Shown piece after piece: positions 1-8,294 of a DNA stretch of 64,000 nucleotides. Origin of the DNA: Candidatus Melainabacteria bacterium 17Bon1m (lineage in GTDB: Bacteria > Cyanobacteriota > Vampirovibrionia > Obscuribacterales > Obscuribacteraceae). The translations under genes and the position numbers were made by a program. Position 1 is the stretch's first letter, and the number at the start of each line of letters is the position of its first letter. The stretch is from assembly GCA_032128875.1 (NCBI GenBank), contig JAVLKG010000012.1, positions 32,001-96,000 of the forward strand, given 5' to 3'. The notes beneath the pieces were generated by a model. The model did no database searches. It saw only the letters and a program-made list of their open reading frames with translations, and was not told where the DNA came from.

Positions 1-2
1 AC

Positions 3-791
3 GACCATCCAATGCCGGGACCTGGCGAAGATTACAATCCTGATCAACCACAAAACGCTGTTGTATTTTCTGAGAATGGCAAGCCGCAAACGATAGTTCA
101 AGCTGATGGAACCAGCACTGCACTACATTATGATTCAAACAATAATATTGACGGCATCAATGTCTCGAGATTCGAAAATGGAGCGCAGGCAAATCACCAG
201 TTGAAGCGAACAGCTGATGGTTCATGGGTTGACGAGAATGGTAATAAAGCCCCAATACAAGCGCCATTCATAGACGGACAAGGCAATTTCGGCTTCTACA
301 CTCCGCAAGAAGGTAATCCAAATCTGTATAAGAAAACTACAGTTGATACCTACTCCGGCAAATCATCAGTCGAAGACGTAGATTTGAATGGAACAGATCA
401 AGCTGGTGCGCCGATTGCGATTGCCGGTCTGAATCGACCGTTGAATGTTGATGGTTCCAACCAAGGCAATTTTAAAGTTGGCAACTTAGATGTTCATTCA
501 GCAGCATTGCAAGAAGGACAAGCAGTTGGTGACGCTGGTTTGAATTCACAGGCGCAAGCGTCTTACACAATCAAGGACGGTGACAACCTGACGAACATTG
601 TAAGAAACGCCCTGAATTTGCCTGCTGGTTATGACGGACCAGAACTTCAAGCGGCCATGAAGCAATTGGCTGATGCGAATAAGTATCAGGATCTGGACAC
701 TATCAATGCTGGTACTGAGTTGATCATTCCACCCGATTGGAATACCCGTCCTGTGGTGGTACCGCCACCTGCCGCCGTTCCAGCTGCATAG
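3..791 (+). CDS. LysM-domain protein, probably 5'-truncated by the window edge
   Basis: C-terminal YTIKDGDNLTNI...QLADANKYQDLDTINAGTELIIP is a LysM pattern. The frame is open upstream of the ATG at 12 to the window start. Confidence 0.75.
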   Translation, partial: DHPMPGPGEDYNPDQPQNAVVFSENGKPQTIVQADGTSTALHYDSNNNIDGINVSRFENGAQANHQLKRTADGSWVDENGNKAPIQAPFIDGQGNFGFYTPQEGNPNLYKKTTVDTYSGKSSVEDVDLNGTDQAGAPIAIAGLNRPLNVDGSNQGNFKVGNLDVHSAALQEGQAVGDAGLNSQAQASYTIKDGDNLTNIVRNALNLPAGYDGPELQAAMKQLADANKYQDLDTINAGTELIIPPDWNTRPVVVPPPAAVPAA

Positions 792-844
792 CGATGGCGT
801 CATTCGCTAAGACACAGTAATTATTTCGACAAGGAGAACCACTC

Positions 845-1417
845 ATGGGCGGATTCAACGATGGCGCCGGCGATAGCGCGAGCAGTAAGAAAGACGGCAA
901 AGGTGATAGCGGAAGTCGAGACAACGAACGAAGCGGTAGCTCTGGCGACAATCTAAACGATAGCCGCTTGGGCGGCCGGCCAAGTGGAAGAAGTGGAAAC
1001 GAAAGTAGTGTTGGCGACGGAAGAAACGGTGAAAGCCGAGGAACGAACAGCGTAGGAAGCCGCGGAGATAATAGCGAGAATGGTGGTCAGCCCAACGGCG
1101 AAACCAACGAACCAAGAAACGAAAGTGAAGGAGGAGGCGAAGGTGGTGGTGAAGGGGGCGGTGAAGGAGGCCAGGAACAACCACCGGATTGCGATCCTGT
1201 GAGAGATGAAGCCATTCCACGTCCGCCAAGGCGACACGATCACGACTATGTTTGGCCTATTCCGGTCGAGAATCCATATCCTCCCACTTCAAAAATCAGC
1301 GCAAGTGGCGGGTACAACACCCAAATTCGACCTGGCGGCTCCTCCAGTGTCGATGCACCAATTGTCGGTGTTAGTGGTGGCGGCTCTGTCCTTCCTGTTT
1401 TGACTATTGGTCCTTAG
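845..1417 (+). CDS. Gly/Ser/Asp-rich low-complexity hypothetical protein
   Basis: AAGGAG RBS upstream of ATG 845; 190 aa; EGGG repeats; co-oriented with its neighbours. Confidence 0.65.
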   Translation: MGGFNDGAGDSASSKKDGKGDSGSRDNERSGSSGDNLNDSRLGGRPSGRSGNESSVGDGRNGESRGTNSVGSRGDNSENGGQPNGETNEPRNESEGGGEGGGEGGGEGGQEQPPDCDPVRDEAIPRPPRRHDHDYVWPIPVENPYPPTSKISASGGYNTQIRPGGSSSVDAPIVGVSGGGSVLPVLTIGP

Positions 1418-1539
1418 ATAACGTGCGAGGTTTTGCGAAACTTCGTATAAACAAAAAATGCACAAAACGTTCCGGACTCATTGCGTTTTTCTGAATAGTG
1501 TAGATGGACGCGGTTCATAATTAACAGGAAACACGCCCG

Positions 1540-2703
1540 ATGCCACCCTTTGATGGAAACCTATTGCAAATGCCACCAGGTTTGAACCCGCTTATGGGAG
1601 ACCTAGCCGGAGCTGCTTGGCAGTTGCCGTTTGGCGACAGAATGCCAGGACCCGAGCCATCTCAACTCGCTTTTGGTGACATTTTTCAACAGTTGGGTGT
1701 CGGCAATGCCGGCGATCAAACTCCCGCTCAATTCGAAGATGTATTCAAAAATGCTTCCAATATTGAGTTTAGCTCTCAGGCTCAGAATCAGCGTTCTGGA
1801 AAACAGCCCGACTTCTTTTTGAATGCACAGGGGAAGTTGATCAAAAATCCAAACGCTGAACCACTGCAGCCTGGGCAACCATTGAATATTGAAATACAAG
1901 CGAATGCTGGTGAAGCAACGCCTCAACTTCAAGGCGCCATACAATCAGTACTCGATATCTTCTCCAAGTTTCATCCAAACATTCCGTTCTTCCCCCGCAC
2001 TTGGCAGGAAGTTATGCAATTGCTGGCTCAAGCTGCCGGCGCTGAATCAACTGATAGCGCAGCTGGTGGTGCCGGCTCTATGCAGCGTGCTGCGTATGAC
2101 AGTGGCGCTGGTGGTGGTGGTGGTGGTGGTGGCGGAAGTGGTGGTGGCGGCGGTGGCGGATATGGTGGAGAACAAGGTCTTCAGGGTGGCGGCGGCGGCG
2201 GAGGCGGAGGCTCAGACGCCCCTCCCGCTAATGTAGCCGCAGTGCCCTGGGATGGACAGAGTAAGGGCGACATGAATCTCATGGAGCTCTCTGAACAAGC
2301 GGCTTTACAAGGCCGTCAACTGTGGGCAGAAACTGAATGGGCGAACGTATGCCAGGGAGGCAATGTTGGTTGTGCCGCGTCTGTCTCAAAGATATTGCAA
2401 GAGGGTGGCTACGGCTACGCGGGCGATGCTGCGGTAGTAAACCTCGCAGGCGAACTTGCAGCCAACGGTTGGAGTCAGTCAGACGGTCCTGAATCGGCTC
2501 AGCCTGGCGATGTCATTTACGCCGATGGCGGCGGAGATCGCCAACATATAGGAATTGTAGGTGTTGATGAAAATGGCAATAAAGTCATATACAACAACCA
2601 CTCTTCAACCGGTGTTTGGACCAAAGATCCCTTCAATGCTTGTTCAATAATCACCGATTACAGTCCAGGTCAGGTTCACGTTCTGCACGCCCCTCCGAAA
2701 TAG
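1540..2703 (+). CDS. Protein with poly-Gly linker and C-terminal NlpC/P60-CHAP-like cysteine peptidase domain
   Basis: GCAASVSKIL (catalytic Cys) and QPGDVI...HIGIVG (catalytic His); (GGT)7 at 2110-2130 encodes part of the Gly linker. Confidence 0.7.
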   Translation: MPPFDGNLLQMPPGLNPLMGDLAGAAWQLPFGDRMPGPEPSQLAFGDIFQQLGVGNAGDQTPAQFEDVFKNASNIEFSSQAQNQRSGKQPDFFLNAQGKLIKNPNAEPLQPGQPLNIEIQANAGEATPQLQGAIQSVLDIFSKFHPNIPFFPRTWQEVMQLLAQAAGAESTDSAAGGAGSMQRAAYDSGAGGGGGGGGGSGGGGGGGYGGEQGLQGGGGGGGGGSDAPPANVAAVPWDGQSKGDMNLMELSEQAALQGRQLWAETEWANVCQGGNVGCAASVSKILQEGGYGYAGDAAVVNLAGELAANGWSQSDGPESAQPGDVIYADGGGDRQHIGIVGVDENGNKVIYNNHSSTGVWTKDPFNACSIITDYSPGQVHVLHAPPK

Positions 2704-2746
2704 GAGCCGTTCAACCTAATATGGTCCAACCGAAGAACGTCCCGTA

Positions 2747-2820
2747 GTAAGAGAGTCCAGTCGTAAGAAGGTCCAATCGTGAGGGAGTCCAGTTGTGGAT
2801 GAGTCTAGTTGTGAATGAGA
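2747..2820. repeat. Degenerate 16-bp tandem repeat, about 4.5 copies, intergenic
   Basis: GTAAGAGAGTCCAGTC / GTAAGAAGGTCCAATC / GTGAGGGAGTCCAGTT / GTGGATGAGTCTAGTT / GTGAATGAGA at an exact 16-nt period. Confidence 0.75.
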
Positions 2821-3004
2821 CCGAAGCAGAAGAAGATGACTAAAAGGCTGCACGCATAGTTAACTACGACCGGATGTTTCTGTCCTGTGCTTTGATGTGC
2901 GCCAGTTGACATTTCTGCCTCTGGCTTCGCTGCGAGGCTGGCATTCGATCAAAATTGGCATAAAGAGATAAAATGGTAGTGTCTCTTGAATTGCTATTCG
3001 TTTG

Positions 3005-3712
3005 ATGACCCGTTCGTCCCTGAAAATTAGCCTTTCACTGCTTGCCGCGTCCTCTGTTTTCTCCGTCGCGGCCGTGACAGCACGTACAGTTGTTGACACC
3101 GCAGAGATGCTCTCCAGAAGCGGTCATCGCTCTGATGCCATTCGTGTCACGACAGATGCGATTAAGCAATCTCCCAGGAATGCGAGTCTTTATGCACTCC
3201 GTGCAAAGTACTACATAGCTGCCGAGGAATATAAGCTTGGACTGGCTGATCTGAAGAAGGCGGTTACCCTAGAGCCTAATCAAAACAACGCGTGGCTCTA
3301 TCGCATGATGGCCGACTGTGATGCCAACCTGGAAAAATATGATGCTGCAATTGTTGATTTGAAAACTGCGATTGCAATTTCGCCCAATGACGAATACTAC
3401 AAAATGCTCGGCGAAATCAATTATCAGCTCAAGCGTTATGACGAGGCAATCAGCTGTTATAACAAAGGAATCGCCTTAAACAAGAAAGGTTTTTGGCTCT
3501 ACAAGGGCAGAGGCGATGTCTTCTTTCTGCAGCATAAGTATCAAAAGGCTGTCGACGATTACACGAGTGTGATCAACATTGTTCCGAAAGATCCGATGGG
3601 TTACGGCGCAAGAGCAAAAGCCTATGAGAGACTCGGTAGAAAAGATTTAGCTGCGAAGGACTATGCGAGAGGCCGTAAAGACGCCGATTTTATGTCCGAC
3701 ATATTGAAATAG
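3005..3712 (+). CDS. Secreted tetratricopeptide-repeat protein
   Basis: N-terminal signal-peptide-like segment; several 34-aa TPR units (e.g. YKGRGDVFFLQHKYQKAVDDYTSVINIVP). Confidence 0.85.
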   Translation: MTRSSLKISLSLLAASSVFSVAAVTARTVVDTAEMLSRSGHRSDAIRVTTDAIKQSPRNASLYALRAKYYIAAEEYKLGLADLKKAVTLEPNQNNAWLYRMMADCDANLEKYDAAIVDLKTAIAISPNDEYYKMLGEINYQLKRYDEAISCYNKGIALNKKGFWLYKGRGDVFFLQHKYQKAVDDYTSVINIVPKDPMGYGARAKAYERLGRKDLAAKDYARGRKDADFMSDILK

Positions 3713-3722
3713 GCGCGATGCT

Positions 3723-6700
3723 ATGAGACTTACGCTAACTCATAAAGTCGTCATAGCAATCGCAATTCCTGTCATATGTCAGATTGGTCTTTTGTCACTG
3801 TTGCTGCGTTCGGTTGAAAGCCTAGACAATTTAGAGAGGCAAGAGCGAGCGACTTCACGAGTGCTTGAGTGCAAGAAGCAGATTTGCACGGCTGAAGCGC
3901 TGGTTTTTCTCTATTATGCTTTGTATCGTGCTTCTCAAAAACCGGAATACAAGAAAGCGCTGTTACAGACGCAAGAATTGCAAAGGACTGGCTTTAACAA
4001 CCTACGCGTTCTTTGGAAAGGTGACAAGGTAAAGCTGCAAATTTTGCACGACCAGTGGATGGCTGGGATGCAGCAGAGAATTGCGTTTCGATTGACAGCT
4101 GATATGCCACGCGCAGAAAGACTGAGGGATTTCTTTGGTGGGGATATCACTGGGCGAGAAGGTATCTTTTTCAATACTGATCGTGGCAATTTAGGCCGTT
4201 TGTTTGAAGAGCTGGAGCGCTCTCAGTCCCGCCTTCTGCGAGAATCTCAAGAAAGAGAAACCGCAATAAAACAGTCCATCTTGGCAATTTTGTTTGCGTC
4301 TATTTTGATTAGCGTTGGTGCCGGTCTTTTGTTCAGCCGTTCGATTGCTGTTCGGCTCAAAAAAATAGTCGATAACATACATGCTATGGAGACGGAGGAT
4401 GTAGTGCTTGCGCCGGTAGGTGGGCATGATGAGATCGCTGCTCTCAATGATGCAATCATTGATACCAATCGAAAGATCAAAGAAGCCGAGCAGTTTCAAG
4501 CTCAGACTGCGCGCATTGTGGCGCAAGAACTAGAACAGCCTCTCAATCAAATCAATCACTATTTGGAAACGTTGAAGAACAGTGGATTTGATGAGTTGAA
4601 TGCCAATGGCGAAGAGCGCATTGAGCGGTCTTTGTTGGAAGTAACTCGACTGCGAGCGCTGGTAAAAGACCTGATCAGTTTGGACAAGATTAGTCGTATC
4701 GGATGGGAGCTTGAGTTTGTACAGGTCAATCTGAAGGATATTGCGAAAACGGCCGTAGATACAGTTCAAGATTATGCAAATCAGTCAGGAGTTGAGCTGA
4801 TTTCGCGTCTTGATGATGTGCTGATTATTGGTGATCCTTCCCGACTTCAACAGATTGCACTTAATTTGCTGACCAACGCAATCAAGTTTTCGAAGCGAAA
4901 AGCAAAAGTTGAAGTTGAAACAATCAGTGAGAACAATTTTGGCAAACTTTCTGTTGTCGACCATGGAACGGGGATTCCAGAAGAGTTTCAGCAGAAAATT
5001 TTTGGACACTTTGAACAGGCTTCTCACTCTGATGGTGCAGAGAAGGGTGGATCTGGGCTTGGGCTCGCCATCAGCAAAAGGTTGGTTGAATCACAACAAG
5101 GAAGAATGGGATTCAAGTCACAGCTTGGTGAAGGTTCGACGTTCTGGTTTTCTTTACCTCTTGCAGAATTGTCGCCGAATCATGTTTCCAAATTGGAGAA
5201 ACAGCAGGTCGGTCTTCAGCGGCTAAGCATCAAGCCAGATAAGTCGATGGATACCGCTCATGTAACTGATGACTCCACAAGTAAAACTAATTCCAGCAGC
5301 AAGAATGTCTCGAGTAAACGCTATCGTTCAACTTTATGGCGAAATAGCCTTGTCATTGTGCTTCTGCCATTGATTGTTCAGGTAATCACAATTGTGGGTC
5401 TCTGGAATGTAATTAGTTCTATTCGCGGCAATGTCAACGAAATCCACCGCTTCAGTCAAATTACGAGCCTTCATTCCAATCTTCTGGATGCACTAATCCG
5501 TGCGGATGTGTACGCCATCATGTATAACGTTTCACCTTCTAATGTAACTACAACCTACACGGAGCGAAGTCGTTATCTCGTAAGAAGGATTGTTGATCAA
5601 CTCCGTGTCATTTGCGCTTCTGATGCGGTTTTGGCAAGGGACGTCGAGTCTTTGGACAAAATGGTGCAAGAACATATTCAGATCCAAGAAGAGTTCATTA
5701 AGGCGCCATATGATTCTGGCGTCGAACAATTTTTTGGACACAATTCACTTGCTGACACCGAGCGGAAAATGGCGCAACTAGTCATTCCGATTGAGCAAGC
5801 TGCAAAGCAAGAGAAAAAGCTGGTAGAACAGAATGTTTGGGCAAAGACTGATATGCGACAAATCGTTGGCAACATTATTCTGGCTTCCGCGTTGTTTGCG
5901 ATACTCCTTTCAATCGGCTATGGCATCTACACTATTCGTGGATTGACAACGCGTGTGCGCAGGATCGTCGACAACACCAAGCGTCTGGAAGCGCGCGAAC
6001 CCTTGCTGCCAACGTCAGGAAAAGAGGACGAGATCGGGTTTGTTGAGCAGTCGTTTTCAGACGCTGCAACGAAGTTGACCAAGCTTGAGCACTACAAGCA
6101 AGAATTGATAGCCTTGACCTCTCATGAATTTCGTACACCTCTCACCTCACTTCTTGCAAAAGCCGATTTGATGCAGGCAGGAGTTTTTGGCCCGCTAAAC
6201 GCTGATGGGCAGATAGTCGTGGTTAAGCTGAAGAGAAGCATTTCCGACCTGATCGCACTTCTCACGAATTTGCTCGATGTAGAAAAAGTGCAGTCAGGTA
6301 AAAGCTTAGTCGTCAAAAAAGATGTGCAACTGTCGGAAATTTTGAACAAAGCCTTGATGAATGTTAGTGACTCGGTAGAGGAGAAACAGATTGACCTTAA
6401 ACTGCCGCAGGCAGAGGTCAGCATCAATGCCGATGCCACGCGGCTTGTTCAGTCGTTGACGGCCGTGTTGAACGACATTATGCAACATGCTTCTGCTCGA
6501 TCAACAATTTCACTTGAGAGTAAAACTGTTAACAATTGGTTGAATTTGACAATCAACGCACCTGGCGGGGAGTGCAGTAAGGAAGCCTTAAATACGGCGA
6601 GTGCGCGAGGTCGTCTCGCTTCTGACTTGTTACGTCTCATGGTTCAACAACATGGGGGGCGCACTTCAATCGAACCGAGCGATGAACGCTTGGTTGTTCA

Positions 6701-6725
6701 GATAGTTTTGCCCTGCGGTGTTTGA
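3723..6725 (+). CDS. Tandem-duplicated membrane sensor histidine kinase (2x TM-sensor-TM-HAMP-DHp-CA)
   Basis: Module 1 has N box NLLTNAIKFS, G1 DHGTGI and G2 GGSGLGLAIS. Module 2 has H box TSHEFRTPL. Four hydrophobic segments. Confidence 0.9.
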   Translation: MRLTLTHKVVIAIAIPVICQIGLLSLLLRSVESLDNLERQERATSRVLECKKQICTAEALVFLYYALYRASQKPEYKKALLQTQELQRTGFNNLRVLWKGDKVKLQILHDQWMAGMQQRIAFRLTADMPRAERLRDFFGGDITGREGIFFNTDRGNLGRLFEELERSQSRLLRESQERETAIKQSILAILFASILISVGAGLLFSRSIAVRLKKIVDNIHAMETEDVVLAPVGGHDEIAALNDAIIDTNRKIKEAEQFQAQTARIVAQELEQPLNQINHYLETLKNSGFDELNANGEERIERSLLEVTRLRALVKDLISLDKISRIGWELEFVQVNLKDIAKTAVDTVQDYANQSGVELISRLDDVLIIGDPSRLQQIALNLLTNAIKFSKRKAKVEVETISENNFGKLSVVDHGTGIPEEFQQKIFGHFEQASHSDGAEKGGSGLGLAISKRLVESQQGRMGFKSQLGEGSTFWFSLPLAELSPNHVSKLEKQQVGLQRLSIKPDKSMDTAHVTDDSTSKTNSSSKNVSSKRYRSTLWRNSLVIVLLPLIVQVITIVGLWNVISSIRGNVNEIHRFSQITSLHSNLLDALIRADVYAIMYNVSPSNVTTTYTERSRYLVRRIVDQLRVICASDAVLARDVESLDKMVQEHIQIQEEFIKAPYDSGVEQFFGHNSLADTERKMAQLVIPIEQAAKQEKKLVEQNVWAKTDMRQIVGNIILASALFAILLSIGYGIYTIRGLTTRVRRIVDNTKRLEAREPLLPTSGKEDEIGFVEQSFSDAATKLTKLEHYKQELIALTSHEFRTPLTSLLAKADLMQAGVFGPLNADGQIVVVKLKRSISDLIALLTNLLDVEKVQSGKSLVVKKDVQLSEILNKALMNVSDSVEEKQIDLKLPQAEVSINADATRLVQSLTAVLNDIMQHASARSTISLESKTVNNWLNLTINAPGGECSKEALNTASARGRLASDLLRLMVQQHGGRTSIEPSDERLVVQIVLPCGV

Positions 6726-6775
6726 CCGATCAACTGTAGTTTTCGACTAGGATGGTCATCCACGATAAATCCTAG

Positions 6776-7411
6776 CTACCTTTTCTGAAGCCTTTCTGTC
6801 ACCCAGTTTTGTATTCCTTCAACTGTGCCCGCAATGTCTATTGCTGTTGTGTCGAGAATTGTCATTTTTGGCTCTGTTTTCTCGGAATTCTCTTTCAACC
6901 AGTTGTTGAATTCGACCATGTTTTTGAGGTTTTCCTCTGAGCCTGATTGCCGCCAGTGCGGACGGGCCATCAGTCGATTTTTCAATTCTTCCGGCTCGCA
7001 ATAGAGTGACAAATAGTGGATTTTTTCGATGTAACGTCGCTCGTTCAATGTTTCGAATTGTTCGGGAATGGCGCTGCCAAAGAGAACAACTGGACGGCCA
7101 GCTTGATTGATGTTCTTTGCCAATCGCAGCCAAGTATTGCGAAACGCTTTGTAATTGTCGTCCGGCGTGTTGAAAGTTTCGTTCCACAAAATATCCTGGT
7201 CTAGCACGACCACTTCTTTCATCAGTCGTGACAGCTTCAACGCCGCAGTCGTTTTTCCCGATCCGCTGGCGCCAGTGACGATAAAGAGCGGCAGGAGAAC
7301 GAAAGGGCTGCCGTACTGGCAGTGGGGGCAAATAGCAACGGGCGGCACTGGGATGACGTCTTTGTCATCGCTGTACTCTCCGCAACCCGGGCAAACATTG
7401 AACATGGGCAC
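6776..7411 (-). CDS. P-loop small-molecule/nucleoside kinase-like protein with N-terminal Zn ribbon
   Basis: CPGC...CPHC; Walker A GASGSGKT; ELKNRLMAR lid-type motif. Confidence 0.75.
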   Translation of the reverse strand: MPMFNVCPGCGEYSDDKDVIPVPPVAICPHCQYGSPFVLLPLFIVTGASGSGKTTAALKLSRLMKEVVVLDQDILWNETFNTPDDNYKAFRNTWLRLAKNINQAGRPVVLFGSAIPEQFETLNERRYIEKIHYLSLYCEPEELKNRLMARPHWRQSGSEENLKNMVEFNNWLKENSEKTEPKMTILDTTAIDIAGTVEGIQNWVTERLQKR

Positions 7412-7545
7412 CTCCGCGGCAACAGTTGTAGCACGGCTCCTTGTCTGGCGGAGGTTCTAAAGTGTCAATAAATGGAAAAATCCAGTCACTAGATGTGTTT
7501 GCCGGATTCAAAGGGCATAAAATTTAGAGAGGTCAAGGTGTACTT

Positions 7546-8073
7546 ATGGAAACCCAAGAACATCGGCGCCAACTGGTACGACTGCTTCGACTAGCTTATT
7601 CGGGAGAGTTGGCGGCAGCCTTAGCGTACAGCGGGCACTGGCGCTCGCTCAGGGATCCGGAAGAGCGGGCGACGGTGCAAAGAATTGAGCGCGAAGAGCT
7701 CGAGCATCGAGAAACGGTTGGCGAGATGTTGAAGGCTCTGAACGAAAAACCGCTGCTCTGGCGGGAAGCCATGATGTGGACGATCGGGCGAACCGTTGCA
7801 CTTTCGTGTTTCTTGATCGGTTATTTTTTGCCGATGTATTTTGCTGGAAAACTCGAGCACGCCAACGTCATGGAATATGACGGGGCTGCTGAACATGCCA
7901 GCCATCTTGGTTTGGAGCGCTTCATTCCGCAGTTGCATGAGATGTCCAAGACCGAGCGTGAGCACGAAGTTTTCTTCAGCTCGAAGGCTTTGAATCATCC
8001 TTTGCTGCCACTGGTGATAGCAATCTTCCGCTGGGATCCTCACGAAGTTCTCGCCATCGAACCGAAGTCGTAG
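7546..8073 (+). CDS. Ferritin-like di-iron protein (Coq7/demethoxyubiquinone hydroxylase-like)
   Basis: AYSGELAA, EELEH and EREH carboxylate/His ligand spacing. Confidence 0.7.
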   Translation: METQEHRRQLVRLLRLAYSGELAAALAYSGHWRSLRDPEERATVQRIEREELEHRETVGEMLKALNEKPLLWREAMMWTIGRTVALSCFLIGYFLPMYFAGKLEHANVMEYDGAAEHASHLGLERFIPQLHEMSKTEREHEVFFSSKALNHPLLPLVIAIFRWDPHEVLAIEPKS

Positions 8074-8288
8074 CGTGGGGGCGCGTTGCACGCGCCCTTT
8101 TCCTCGTGGTGGCGCGTTGCACGTGCCCTTTCTACTGTAGGGGCGACGCCATGCGTCGCCCGGTTTTGGTTTTCCTTTTGTAAGGGAGCCGCATGCGGCT
8201 CCCTGAGCAGGGGAGGCACATGTGCCTCCCCTACGACTATTTGCACATGTGCCTCCCCTACGACTATTTGCACATGTGCCTCCCCTAC
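8072..8288. repeat. Cluster of REP-like GC-rich palindromes with a 27-bp tandem amplification
   Basis: GGGCGCG-TTGCA-CGCGCCC twice (second copy imperfect); GTAG-GGGCGACGC-CAT-GCGTCGCCC; GTAAGGGAGCCGCATGCGGCTCCCT; AGGGGAGGCACATGTGCCTCCCCTAC. GCACATGTGCCTCCCCTACGACTATTT occurs about 2.7 times at 8216-8288. Confidence 0.85.
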
Positions 8289-8294
8289 AAAGTC

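Noticed and set aside
1425-1458. Intrinsic terminator at GCGAGGTTT-TGCG-AAACTTCGT
   Set aside because: The hairpin is followed by an A-rich tract rather than a U-tract, and has no U-tract on the minus strand either.
8216-8288. CRISPR array
   Set aside because: The units are directly adjacent with identical intervening sequence, there are no unique spacers, and no cas genes are in the window.
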